From the NCBI GenBank assembly GCA_963773565.1, contig CAVZBU010000010.1:2896-66895 (forward strand): a DNA stretch of 64,000 nucleotides, given 5' to 3'. The notes beneath the pieces are model-generated. The model did no database searches. It was not told the DNA's origin and saw only the letters and a program-made list of their open reading frames with translations. How positions within the stretch are numbered: the first letter of the stretch is position 1; each line of letters begins with the position of its first letter. Of the stretch, positions 1-9,998 are shown one piece after another. The stretch is from an uncultured Gammaproteobacteria bacterium (GTDB taxonomy: Bacteria > Pseudomonadota > Gammaproteobacteria > Pseudomonadales > Halomonadaceae). The position numbers were made by a program, and so were the translations under genes.

Positions 1-912
1 ACCTCGCCCTTGCGGATCAGGTCGCTGATCAGCGGCGAGCGTAGCAGGACCTCGATCGCCGGCGCACGCCCCTGGCCGTCCTGGCGCGGCAGCAACTGCT
101 GGGCAACGATCGCCTGCAGGTTGAGCGACAGGTCCAGCCAGACCTGCTCGTGGCGTTCGCCGGGGAAGAAGTGAATGATCCGGTCGAGCGCCTGATTGGC
201 GTTGTTGGCATGCAGCGTCGCCAGGCACAGGTGGCCGGTCTCGGCGAAGGTCAGCGCCTGCTCCATGGTCTCGCGGGTAGCGGATCTCGCCGATCATGAT
301 CACGTCGGGCGCCTGGCGCAGCGCATTTTTCAGCGCCACTTCGAAGGATTCGGTATCGATGCCCACCTCGCGCTGGTTGATGATCGCCCGGCGATGCGGA
401 TGGATGTACTCGATAGGGTCCTCGATGCAGATGATGTGGCCACCGGCGTGATCGTTGCGATGCTGGATCATCGACGCCAGGGTCGTCGACTTGCCGGCCC
501 CGGTGCCGCCGACCACGAACACCAGGCCGCGCTTGAGCGAGGCCAGCTCGCCCAGCGTCGGCCGGCAGCCACAGCGCGTCGAAGCGACGGAATGTCGTAG
601 GCGATCCGCCGGACGACCATCGCCATCTGGCTGCGCTGATAGAAGGCGCTGACCCGAAAGCGCCCCTTGCCCGGCAGGCTGAGCGCGAAGTTGGCCTCGC
701 GCTGGGCCTCGAAGCGCTCGCGCGGCCCTCGGGCAGCGCCGCCAGGACCAGTTCGCGCACCTGATCGACGCACAGCGGCTGTGTCGCCCAGCGCCACCAG
801 CTTGCCGTTGATCTTCAGCGACGGCGGCGCGTTGGTCGAAATCAGCATGTCGGAGGCCTGCTTGTCGATCATGATGTCCAGCAACTGTTGCAGCCACTCT
901 ACCCGGTGTCAT
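1..912 (-). CDS. pilU: Type IV pilus retraction ATPase PilU (several frameshifts; runs off the window start)
   Basis: Fragments LLDIMIDKQASDMLISTNAPPSLKINGKL, RFRVSAFYQRSQMAMVVRRI, a Walker A region and a HANNANQALDRIIHFFP-type segment lie in different frames; directly downstream of pilT. Confidence 0.85.
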   Translation of the reverse strand, partial: MTPGRVAATVAGHHDRQAGLRHADFDQRAAVAEDQRQAGGAGRHSRCASIRCANWSWRRCPRAARALRGPARGQLRAQPAGQGALSGQRLLSAQPDGDGRPADRLRHSVASTRCGCRPTLGELASLKRGLVFVVGGTGAGKSTTLASMIQHRNDHAGGHIICIEDPIEYIHPHRRAIINQREVGIDTESFEVALKNALRQAPDVIMIGEIRYPRDHGAGADLRRDRPPVPGDAACQQRQSGARPDHSLLPRRTPRAGLAGPVAQPAGDRCPAVAAAPGRPGACAGDRGPATLAADQRPDPQGRG

Positions 913-939
913 GCGCCGGCTCCTGTGCAGATCAGCCGG

Positions 940-1992
940 TTATTGCGCGATGCCGGCTTCGGGCAGATGGCCCTTGGCCTTGGCCTGGGCTTCCTCACGG
1001 CTGACCACGTTCTGGCTGACCAGCCTGGCCAGTGCCGTATCCAGCGTCTGCATGCCCTGGTTGCCGCCGGTCTGGATCGCCGAATAGATCTGCGCCACCT
1101 TGTCCTCGCGGATCAGGTTGCGCACCGCCGAGGTGGCCACCAGGATCTCGTGGGCCGCGACCCGCCCGCCGCCGTTAGCGCTTGAGCAGGGTCTGAGAGA
1201 CTACCCCCTGCAGCGACTCGGAGAGCATCGAGCGCACCATCGACTTCTCGTCGCCGGGGAACACGTCGATGATCCGGTCGATGGTCTTGGCCGCCGAGGT
1301 GGTATGCAGGGTGCCGAACACCAGATGGCCGGTCTCGGCGGCGGTCAGCGCCAGGCGGATGGTTTCCAGGTCACGCAATTCGCCGACCAGGATCACGTCG
1401 GGGTCCTCGCGCAGCGCCGAGCGCAGCGCCTGGGTGAAGCTCTGGGTATGGCGATGCACTTCGCGCTGGTTGACCAGGCTGCGCTTGCTGACATGCACGA
1501 ATTCGATCGGATCCTCGATGGTCAGGATATGGTCGAGCGGGTCTCGTTGATGTAGTCGATCATCGCCGCCAGGGTCGTCGACTTGCCCGAGCCGGTCGGG
1601 CCCGGTCACCAGCACCAGCCCCCGCGGCAGCGAGCGCGAAGCGGCGAAATACATCGCCCAGCTCCAGCATCCTCCAGGTCATCACCCGGCAGGGAATGGT
1701 GCGGAACACCGCCCCCGCGCCGCGGCCCTGATTGAAGGCGTTGACACGAAAGCGCGCCACGCCGGGCACCTCGAAGGAAAAATCAGTTTCCAGATAAGCT
1801 CCTCGTAGTCACGGCGCTGCCGGTCGCCCATGATGTCGTAGATCAGCTGCGGACCTCACGGTCTTCCATCGCCGGCACGTTGAGGCGGCGAATGTCGCCG
1901 TCGACGCGGATCATCGGCGGCAGTCCGGCGGAAAGGTGCAGGTCCGAGGCGTTCTGCTTTGCCGAAAATGCCAGGAGTTCGGTAATATCCAT
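940..1992 (-). CDS. pilT: Type IV pilus retraction ATPase PilT (several frameshifts)
   Basis: Starts MDITELLAFSAKQNASDLHLSAGLPPM at 1992; fragments RFRVNAFNQGRGAGAVFRTIP, HILTIEDPIEFVH, SALREDPDVILVGELRD, AVRNLIREDKVAQIYSAIQTG; divergent from yggS as in the conserved locus. Confidence 0.9.
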
Positions 1993-2035
1993 GCGTTTTC
2001 CCTGCTTACGTTTCTTATTAAGGTCGATGCCGAGT

Positions 2036-2750
2036 ATGCCAGACGCTCACGGTCAGCGAATGCACTCGCCCACGCGCGCCGCAGCGCTGGCCGACGCCCT
2101 GACGCAGGCCGGGCGCGCCGCCGATGACGGCGCACGTCTGCTGGCGGTCAGCAAGACCCAGCCCGCCGACGCTGATTCGCCAGGCCTATCGGGCCGGGCA
2201 GCGCGATTTCGGGGAAAACTATCTGCAGGAAGCGCTCGACAAGCAGCGCGAACTTGCCGACCTGGACGCTATCGTCTGGCATTTCATCGGCCCTTTGCAA
2301 TCCAACAAGACCCGCGCCGTCGCCGAACACTTCAGCTGGGTGCACAGCATCGAGCGCGCCAAGATCGCCCGCCGACTATCCGAGCAGCGCCCTGCCGCCC
2401 TTGGCCCGCTCAACGTCTGCCTGCAGGTCAATGTCAGCGGCGAAGCCAGCAAGTCGGGCGTCAACCCCGACGATCTCGAGGCGCTGGCCACCGAAGTCGC
2501 CGGGCTGCCCAATCTGCGGTTGCGCGGCTTGATGGCGATTCCCGCGCCGGCCGAGGGTCTCGACGCCCAACGTCGCCCATTGGCCGAATTGCGCCGACTC
2601 AAGGAGCGCCTTGTCGAGCGCCAGCCGGCGCTCGAACTCGATACCCTGTCGATGGGCATGAGCGACGATCTGGAAGCGGCGGTGCTCGAGGGCGCCACGC
2701 TGGTGCGCCTGGGCACGGCGATCTTCGGTGCCCGCGCCAGCCATCATTGA
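2036..2750 (+). CDS. yggS: PLP homeostasis protein YggS family (5' part frameshifted)
   Basis: LLAVSKTQP in one frame, then FGENYLQEA, WHFIGPLQSNK, LSMGMSDDLEAAVLEGATLVRLGTAIFG in another. Confidence 0.9.
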
Positions 2751-2817
2751 CTACGCCGCGAGGCGGCATCAGACCAGGGGCGCAACGGCTCCGCACACAG
2801 CGACAGAGGACACAAGC

Positions 2818-3645
2818 ATGGCAAGCCAAGTCACCTTCCTAGGCGCCGGCAACATGGCCAGCGCCATCTTCGGCGGGATGATCGAGGCCGGTTATCCGGC
2901 CTCGGCGATCACCGCCACCGCGCGTCGCCGTGAAACGCTCGAGCCGCTCGCGGCGCGCTACGCCATCAATGTCACCACCGACAACGACGCCGCGGTGGCC
3001 AACGCCGATGTCGTGGTGCTGTCGGTCAAGCCGCAGGTCATGCGCGAGGTCTGCGAGAAAGTGCGCGACGCCGTGCAGGCACGCCGCCCGCTGATCGTCT
3101 CGGTGGCCGCCGGGCTAACCGCAGAGACGCTGGATGAATGGCTCGGTGGCGGGCTGGCAGTGGTACGCTGCATGCCCAACACGCCGTCACTGGTCGGCGC
3201 CGGGGCCTCGGGGCTGTATGCCAACGCCCGGGTCAGCGACGAGCAGCGCCAGCTCGCCACCAGCCTGCTCGAGCCGGTGGGGCTGGTCGAGTGGGTCGAC
3301 GACGAAACGCTGATCGAGGCCGTCACCGCGGTCTCGGGCAGCGGCCCGGCCTACTTCTTCCTGATCTTCGAGGCGCTCGAGGAAGCCGGCAAACGGCTCG
3401 GCCTGCCCGCCGACAGCGCGCGCCGATTGGCCTTGCAGACCGGCTTCGGGGCGGCGAGGATGGCCCAGCAGAGCGAATTCGAGCCGGCCCAGCTGCGCCA
3501 GAACGTGATGTCGCCGGGCGGCACCACCGAACGCGCCGTGCATTGCCTGGAAGATGGCGGGCTGCGTGAGCTGTTCGCCGAGGCCACCGAAGCCTGTGCA
3601 GCGCGGGCCCGCGAAATGGCCGCCGAGCTAAGCAAGAAAGACTAA
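2818..3645 (+). CDS. proC: Pyrroline-5-carboxylate reductase
   Basis: FLGAGNMASA, RCMPNTP, TAVSGSGPAY, VMSPGGTT motifs; SD-like GAGGA before ATG 2818. Confidence 0.97.
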   Translation: MASQVTFLGAGNMASAIFGGMIEAGYPASAITATARRRETLEPLAARYAINVTTDNDAAVANADVVVLSVKPQVMREVCEKVRDAVQARRPLIVSVAAGLTAETLDEWLGGGLAVVRCMPNTPSLVGAGASGLYANARVSDEQRQLATSLLEPVGLVEWVDDETLIEAVTAVSGSGPAYFFLIFEALEEAGKRLGLPADSARRLALQTGFGAARMAQQSEFEPAQLRQNVMSPGGTTERAVHCLEDGGLRELFAEATEACAARAREMAAELSKKD

Positions 3646-3733
3646 ATTTACGCCGCGACACGCCCGCCCCGCGCCCGAACCCGGCGCGCGCGTGATATCG
3701 GCCTGACAGTTCGAATCGACACGGAGGAGTTCC

Positions 3734-4324
3734 ATGGGGAGTCAACTGGGCGGTGCTGGCCTGATGCTGGTCAACATGCTGATCAACATCTACCTGTTTC
3801 TGCTGATGCTGCGCTTCTTGCTGCAGGCGTCGCGGGCCGATTACTACAATCCGCTCAGCCAGTCGGTGGTCAAGGTCACCCAGCCGGTGGTCAAACCCTT
3901 GCAGAGCTTTCTGCGCCCGGTCGGCCCCTTCGATCTGGCGACGCTGGCGGCCGGCTTCATCCTCAAGGCTTTGGGCATCGTGCTGATCATGTGGATAGCG
4001 ATCGGCGGGCTGCCGCCACTGGCGGGAATCGCCATCGCCTCACTGGCGGCGCTGGCCAGCGCGATCCTCAAGATTTACTTCTTTGCGCTGATCGGCATGA
4101 TTATCCTCAGCTGGGTCGCCCCTCAGGCCAGCCATCCCGGCGCGATCCTGATCATGCAGATTGTCGAGCCGATCATGGCCCCGGTGCGCAAGGTCATCCC
4201 GCCGCTGGGCATGATCGACCTGTCGCCGATCGTGGTATTCATCATCATCAACCTGATCGACAGCCTGGTGGTCGGTTCGCTGACCCGCGCCGCCGGCATT
4301 TCCGGCATGCTGGTCGGCCTCTAG
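3734..4324 (+). CDS. yggT: YggT family membrane protein
   Basis: Hydrophobic protein with ADYYNPLSQ and DLSPIV motifs; follows proC. Confidence 0.9.
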   Translation: MGSQLGGAGLMLVNMLINIYLFLLMLRFLLQASRADYYNPLSQSVVKVTQPVVKPLQSFLRPVGPFDLATLAAGFILKALGIVLIMWIAIGGLPPLAGIAIASLAALASAILKIYFFALIGMIILSWVAPQASHPGAILIMQIVEPIMAPVRKVIPPLGMIDLSPIVVFIIINLIDSLVVGSLTRAAGISGMLVGL

Positions 4325-4399
4325 GCCGCTGCCCGCCGATTATTCAATGCACGACGGGGCCTTCGCGCCCCTTGCCGAACACTGGACACGACACGTTCG

Positions 4400-5557
4400 A
4401 TGAGTGAATCGCTTCCCGCCGACTCGGTGGGCCTGGTCGCACCGCAGCGTCAACGCTTCGAGGCGCCGCTACCGCTGGCCTGCGGCAAGACGCTACCGGC
4501 CTACGATCTGGTCTACGAGACCTACGGCGAACTCAACACCCAACGCGACAATGCCGTGCTGATCTGTCACGCCTTGTCCGGGCATCATCACGCCGCCGGC
4601 TATCACAGCCTGGACGAGCGCAAGCCCGGCTGGTGGGATGCGCATATCGGCCCGGGCAAGACGCTGGATACCAACCGCTTCTTCGTCGTCTCGCTGAACA
4701 ATCTCGGTGGTTGCCACGGCAGTACCGGGCCGTGCAGCGTCAACCCCGAGACCGGCCATCCCTGGGGCCCTGAGTTCCCGGTGATGACCGTCGCCGACTG
4801 GGTGCACAGCCAGGCGCGGCTGGCCGACCGGCTGGGTATCGAGCGCTTCGCCGCGGTGGTCGGCGGCAGCCTCGGTGGCATGCAGGTGCTACAGTGGGCC
4901 ATGGCCTACCCCGAGCGTATCGCCAACGCCGCGGTTATCGCCGCCACACCGCGATTGTCGGCACAGAACATCGCCTTCAACGAGGTCGCCCGTCAGGCGA
5001 TCCGCTCGGACCCCGACTTCCACGACGGCTGGTACGCTCAACACGGCACGGTACCCAAGCGCGGCCTCAAGCTGGCACGCATGGTCGGCCACATCACTTA
5101 TCTGTCCGAGCACTCGATGGGCGCCAAGTTCGGTCGCGACCTGCGCAGCGATGAGCTCAACTTCGGCTACGACGTCGAGTTCCAGGTCGAGTCCTATCTG
5201 CGCTATCAGGGCGACACCTTCTCCACCGCCTTCGATGCCAATACCTATTTGCTGATGACCAAGGCGCTCGATTACTTCGATCCCGCCGCGGCGCACAACG
5301 GCGATCTCGCCGCCGCCCTGGCGCCGGCCAGTTGCCGTTTCCTGGTGGTCAGCTTCTCCACCGACTGGCGCTTCGCGCCGGAGCGCTCGCGGGAGCTGGT
5401 CGACGCGCTGGTGCGCGCCGGCAAGCCGGTCAGCTACGCGGAGATCGACTCGCTGTTCGGCCACGACGCCTTCCTGCTGCCCGACACGCGCTACCAGGCG
5501 GTATTCGGCGGTTTCATGAAGCGTGTGGCCCGCGAACTCGGCCTGGAGGGCAACTGA
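4400..5557 (+). CDS. metX: Homoserine O-succinyl/acetyltransferase MetX
   Basis: [16 protein letters not shown] nucleophile elbow, GHDAFLL catalytic His. Confidence 0.95.
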   Translation: MSESLPADSVGLVAPQRQRFEAPLPLACGKTLPAYDLVYETYGELNTQRDNAVLICHALSGHHHAAGYHSLDERKPGWWDAHIGPGKTLDTNRFFVVSLNNLGGCHGSTGPCSVNPETGHPWGPEFPVMTVADWVHSQARLADRLGIERFAAVVGGSLGGMQVLQWAMAYPERIANAAVIAATPRLSAQNIAFNEVARQAIRSDPDFHDGWYAQHGTVPKRGLKLARMVGHITYLSEHSMGAKFGRDLRSDELNFGYDVEFQVESYLRYQGDTFSTAFDANTYLLMTKALDYFDPAAAHNGDLAAALAPASCRFLVVSFSTDWRFAPERSRELVDALVRAGKPVSYAEIDSLFGHDAFLLPDTRYQAVFGGFMKRVARELGLEGN

Positions 5558-6154
5558 TGCGCGCCGATCTCGCACTGATCTACCGCTGGGTGCCGGAAGG
5601 CGCCCGGGTACTCGACCTGGCCTGTGGCGACGGCGAGCTGCTCGACGCACTGGCCCGCGACAAGGGGGTATTCGGCTACGGCCTGGAGATCGCCCCCGAG
5701 GGCATCACCGCGTGTCTCGAGCGCGGCGTCAACGTCATCGAACAGGATCTCGACCAGGGCCTGGCCAATTTCGAGGATGACGCCTGCGACCTGGTGATCA
5801 TGACCCAGGCGCTGCAGGCGCTGCGCCGCCCCGACCTGATGCTCGACGAGATGCTACGGGTCGGCCGACGAGGCGATCATCACCTTTCCCAACTTCGCCT
5901 ACTGGCGACATCGCCTGTATCTCGGTTTCAAGGGCTACATGCCGGTGTCGCGCTCGCTGCCGCATGCCTGGTACGACACGCCCAACATTCATCTATCGAC
6001 GTTCAACGACTTCGCGAAGCTGTGTCGCGACAAGGATCTGGTGATTACCGACCGGGCTGTCGGCACCGGCGAGCACGAGCGCAACCGCGCCAGCCGCATC
6101 TGGCCCAACCTGTTCGGCGAGATCGCCATCTTCCGGGTCAGTCGGCGTCGCTAG
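5557..6154 (+). CDS. metW: Methionine biosynthesis protein MetW (one frameshift near 5865)
   Basis: MRADL..RVLDLACGDGELL, then ITFPNFAYW / LPHAWYDTPNIHL in the next frame; TGATG coupling to metX. Confidence 0.92.
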
Positions 6155-6896
6155 CCAACGCCAGCTCACGCTCGAGCGCTACCGGCAGGCGTCTATCCAG
6201 GCTGATCGACGCCGGCCGAGCCGCCTGGTAGCCCACCCGACAGCCGTAGGCCAGTACTTCGACACCGCACTTCGCCACCCGCCGCAGCGTCGTCGCATAG
6301 TGCGCATCGATATGCGCCGCCGGCGCGACGCTGGTTATTCCGGTATGCGCCACGCAGAACAGCAGCACGGCCCGCTGGCCGCTGGCCGCCAGCTCGGCCA
6401 GCGCTTCCAGGTGGCGCGTGCCGCGGGCACTGACCGCATCGGGGAAATAGCCATGGCCGTCGGGCTCGCGCAAGGTGACCTGCTTGACCTCGACATACGC
6501 CGTGCCGCGCTGCGGGTCGTCGAGCCGGAAGTCAAGCCGTGAGCCGGCGACCTTGGCCTCGCGCTTGAGCTGCGCGTAGCCGGCCAGTTCCGGCACCCGC
6601 TCCGCCGCGAGCGCCTCGGCGACGATCGCGTTGGTGCGCCCGGTGTGCACCGAGGCGCTCGCCAGCGTGCCGTCGGCCTGAGGCAGCTCGATCAGCTCCC
6701 AGGTCCAGGCCAGCTTGCGCGCCGGGTTGTCGCTCGGCGCCAGCCACACCCGGCAGCCGGGCATGTTGACCGCACGCATCGAGCCGGTATTCGGGCAATG
6801 CGCCACCACCGTCTCGCCGCTGGCCAGCTCGATATCGGCGAGAAAGCGCTTGTAGCGCCGAAGCAGAATACCCGGCACCAGGTCGGGGTAGTCCAC
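6138..6896 (-). CDS. sfsA: DNA/RNA nuclease SfsA
   Basis: RRYKRFLADI, AHCPNTGSM, YVEVKQVTL, FPDAVSARG motifs; GTG start at 6896. Confidence 0.93.
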   Translation of the reverse strand: MDYPDLVPGILLRRYKRFLADIELASGETVVAHCPNTGSMRAVNMPGCRVWLAPSDNPARKLAWTWELIELPQADGTLASASVHTGRTNAIVAEALAAERVPELAGYAQLKREAKVAGSRLDFRLDDPQRGTAYVEVKQVTLREPDGHGYFPDAVSARGTRHLEALAELAASGQRAVLLFCVAHTGITSVAPAAHIDAHYATTLRRVAKCGVEVLAYGCRVGYQAARPASISLDRRLPVALERELALASDAD

Positions 6897-6897
6897 C

Positions 6898-8067
6898 TCA
6901 GCTTCCCCCCTGACGCGCCAGGAAACGCTCGAAGCGGGCAAGCGCTTCCTCGAGCCGAGCGACGTCGTTGGTGAAGGCGATCCGCACATGGTGCTCGCCG
7001 CCGCGTACCGCGAAGTCGATCCCCGGAGTAATGGCGACATTTTCCTCTTCCAGCAGGCGCTGGCAGAAAGCCTGACTGTCGCGGGTGTAACGCGACACAT
7101 CGAGCCACAGGTAGAACGCTCCTTGCGGGGGCTGCGCCGGCGCCAGGCCCAGCCGCTCGAGCCCCGCCAGCAGTACGTCGCGACGGCGATGCAGCTCGTG
7201 GCGGCGCCGCTCGAGCTCCACCCGGCATTCGGGCGTGAACGCCGCCAGCGCGGCGTGTTGCGAGAGTGTCGGCGCGGCCAGGAACACGTTCTGCGCCAGC
7301 CGCGTCAGCGGTTCGACGGCGGCTTCGGGAGCTACCAGCCAGCCCAGCCGCCAGCCGGTCATGCCGAAGTATTTCGAGAAGCTGTTGACGATGAACGCGT
7401 CGGGAGCGAGCGATGCCGCGGTCAGCGGTTCGACGTCATAGCTCAGCCCCTGGTAGATCTCGTCGACCAGCAATGCTCCGCCCCGCGCCGCAACCGTCTC
7501 GCTCACGGCTTTGAGTTGGCCGGCGTCGAGCATATGCCCGGTAGGATTGGATGGCGTGGCCAGCATCGCCAGCCGGGTTTCCGCCTGCCAGTGCTGGTCG
7601 ATGAGCGCAGCGTCGAGCTGCCAGCCGCTCTCCGGGCCGACCGCCACACAATCGACCTGGGCATCGGCAAGGGCCATGAAGTGGCGGTTGCAGGGATAGG
7701 TCGGATCGGCCATCAGCACCCGATCGCCGCGACTCACCAGCAGCTGGCTGGCCAGCAGCAGCGCCCCGGAAGCGCCCGGAGTGACCAGGATTCGCGCCGG
7801 ATCGATGCGGGTATCGAAATGCTCGGCATAATGCCCGGCGATCGCCTCGCGCAGCGCAGCAATGCCGCCCGCCGGGGTATAGCGGGTTTCGCCCCGCGCC
7901 AGCGCCCGCTGGCCGGCCTCGACGACCGGTTGCGGGGTGGCGAAATCCGGCTCGCCGACTTCCAGATGGATGACATCGTGGCCCGCCGCTTCGCGGGCCT
8001 GGGCCAACTCCAGCAGGTGCATGACCCGAAACGCTTGCACCCGATCGATGCGTTCACTCCAATGCAT
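6898..8067 (-). CDS. Class I/II PLP-dependent aminotransferase
   Basis: HLEVGEPDF, PSNPTG, VDEIYQGL, NSFSKYFGMTGWRLGW. Confidence 0.93.
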   Translation of the reverse strand: MHWSERIDRVQAFRVMHLLELAQAREAAGHDVIHLEVGEPDFATPQPVVEAGQRALARGETRYTPAGGIAALREAIAGHYAEHFDTRIDPARILVTPGASGALLLASQLLVSRGDRVLMADPTYPCNRHFMALADAQVDCVAVGPESGWQLDAALIDQHWQAETRLAMLATPSNPTGHMLDAGQLKAVSETVAARGGALLVDEIYQGLSYDVEPLTAASLAPDAFIVNSFSKYFGMTGWRLGWLVAPEAAVEPLTRLAQNVFLAAPTLSQHAALAAFTPECRVELERRRHELHRRRDVLLAGLERLGLAPAQPPQGAFYLWLDVSRYTRDSQAFCQRLLEEENVAITPGIDFAVRGGEHHVRIAFTNDVARLEEALARFERFLARQGGS

Positions 8068-8313
8068 GATTGCTCCCTTGGTCGCGCCTTGTCGCGCCAC
8101 CGGTAGCCCGGCGGCGGCAATCAGTTGTCCACGCCCGACGACACACGTCAAGATTCCGCGCCAGACAGGCGTTCAATAGTTGCAATGCCGGCGCTTTTTC
8201 GCTAAATAAGCAAGGCTTCGGGTGGGCATGCCATCCGCGGAGCCGCCGATTTACATGGCGAGCTCCGAGCGGCCGGGCATCGGCCCCAGTCACTTGAGTA
8301 ATGAGGCAGCCCC

Positions 8314-8751
8314 ATGCCAGTAGCAGAACAGAAGACGGAAGCGCCAAAGAAATTCACCCCGTACCAGCCGGCACCGGGTGAAGAGTATATGAACGAGCAG
8401 CAGCTGGAGCACTTCCGACAGATCCTGCTCGGCTGGAAACAAGATCTCATGGAAGAGGTCGACCGCACCGTGCGTCACCTGCAGGAAGACGCCAACAACT
8501 ATGCGGATCCAGCCGATCGGGCGACTCAGGAAGAGGGCTTCAGCCTGGAGCTGCGCACCCGCGATCGCGAGCGCAAGTTGCTCAAGAAGATCAACGAAAC
8601 GATCGAGAAGATCGACGAGGACGATTACGGCTTCTGCGAGGCCTGTGGCGTCGAGATCGGCATCCGCCGCCTCGAAGCGCGCCCCACGGCCACCTTGTGT
8701 GTCGACTGCAAGACGCTGGCGGAACTCAAGGAAAAGCAGCTTGGCGGCTGA
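8314..8751 (+). CDS. dksA: RNA polymerase-binding protein DksA
   Basis: ADPADRATQEE coiled-coil tip; C4 zinc finger CEAC...CVDC. Confidence 0.97.
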   Translation: MPVAEQKTEAPKKFTPYQPAPGEEYMNEQQLEHFRQILLGWKQDLMEEVDRTVRHLQEDANNYADPADRATQEEGFSLELRTRDRERKLLKKINETIEKIDEDDYGFCEACGVEIGIRRLEARPTATLCVDCKTLAELKEKQLGG

Positions 8752-8767
8752 ATGATCGGTCGATCGA

Positions 8768-8793
8768 GACGGGCGCCCGGGTGGCGCCCGTTT
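8768..8793 (+). terminator. Hairpin after dksA, possible weak terminator
   Basis: GACGGGCGCC-CGGGT-GGCGCCCGTTT inverted repeat. Confidence 0.5.
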
Positions 8794-8849
8794 GCGTTTC
8801 AGGGCCGGCCAATCGCTGATTGTTGCCTGGCCATTTCGAGGAGATAGCG

Positions 8850-9740
8850 ATGCCCGGGTATCGTGGACGCTTTGCACCGACTCCCTCGGGACCTTTGCAT
8901 TTCGGTTCGCTGGTCGCCGCGCTGGCCAGTTTTCTGGATGCCCGTCACGTCGGTGGCGAGTGGCTGTTGCGAATCGAGGACGTCGACCCGCCACGCTGCC
9001 CACCGGGTACCAGCGATGTTATCCGTGATCAGCTCGCGGCCTATGGCCTCATCTGGGACGGCCCGGTGATGGTCCAGAGCGAGCGCGACGCGGCCTATCA
9101 GGCTGCGCTGACACAGCTGGCCAAAAAGGGCCTGGTCTACCCCTGCAGTTGCTCGCGCAAGGAGTGGCGCGACTATCCGAGCTACCCTGGCTGGTGCCGC
9201 AGTGGCCCGTTGCATCCCGAGCGAGCGCTGGCCTGGCGACTGCGCAGCGACCTGGGGGCGCGGCCGGTGAGCTGGCGCGACCGGCTGTTCGGCGGACAGC
9301 GTTTCGACCCGGCGACGCTGGGCGATGTGGTGCTCAAGCGCAAGGAAGGCCTGTGGTCCTATCAGCTGGCGGTGGTGGTCGACGACACCGAGCAAGGCAT
9401 CAGCGACGTGGTGCGCGGCGCCGATCTGCTCGACAACACGCCCTGGCAGCTCCAGTTGCAGGCAGCGCTGGGTTATCCGCAACCACGTTATCTGCACCTA
9501 CCGCTGATCGTCGCCGCCAACGGCCAGAAACTCTCCAAGCAGAACCGCGCCGCCGCGCTGCCGATCGAAGGCGACGCCCCGCGCGATATTCTGCATCGAG
9601 CGCTCGTCGCGCTCGACCAGGCGCCACCCCGCGAGCTGGCCGGGGCGCCGGTCACGGATCAGCTCGCCGCGGCGATCGGCGCCTGGGACCCCACTCGCCT
9701 GCAGCGCGAAGCCAAGCGCCAGACGCCAGACCCGGCCTGA
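8850..9740 (+). CDS. gluQ: Glutamyl-Q tRNA(Asp) synthetase
   Basis: RFAPTPSGPLHFGS, LRIEDVDPPR, YQLAVVVDD, KLSKQN; follows dksA. Confidence 0.95.
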   Translation: MPGYRGRFAPTPSGPLHFGSLVAALASFLDARHVGGEWLLRIEDVDPPRCPPGTSDVIRDQLAAYGLIWDGPVMVQSERDAAYQAALTQLAKKGLVYPCSCSRKEWRDYPSYPGWCRSGPLHPERALAWRLRSDLGARPVSWRDRLFGGQRFDPATLGDVVLKRKEGLWSYQLAVVVDDTEQGISDVVRGADLLDNTPWQLQLQAALGYPQPRYLHLPLIVAANGQKLSKQNRAAALPIEGDAPRDILHRALVALDQAPPRELAGAPVTDQLAAAIGAWDPTRLQREAKRQTPDPA

Positions 9741-9998
9741 CGCCATCGCGCTCGCCACGCCTTCGACTCAGGTCGGGTTGAGTGCGAGGCTCTGGCTGTC
9801 CCTACACTCGCAGACCCCCTGCCCGGCGGCCCGGCGGCGAGCACCTTGTTCAGAACCTGAAGCAGCGTGGCCCAGGATGGCCGTGGGCTTGATCACCGCC
9901 GCCCGGGCGGGTCAGGATATCCACAGGCTGACCAGCGCCGCGGCACGCGCATCGTCCTGTGGCCCGACCCACCCGAACCGAGGATGGTTGAAAACACG

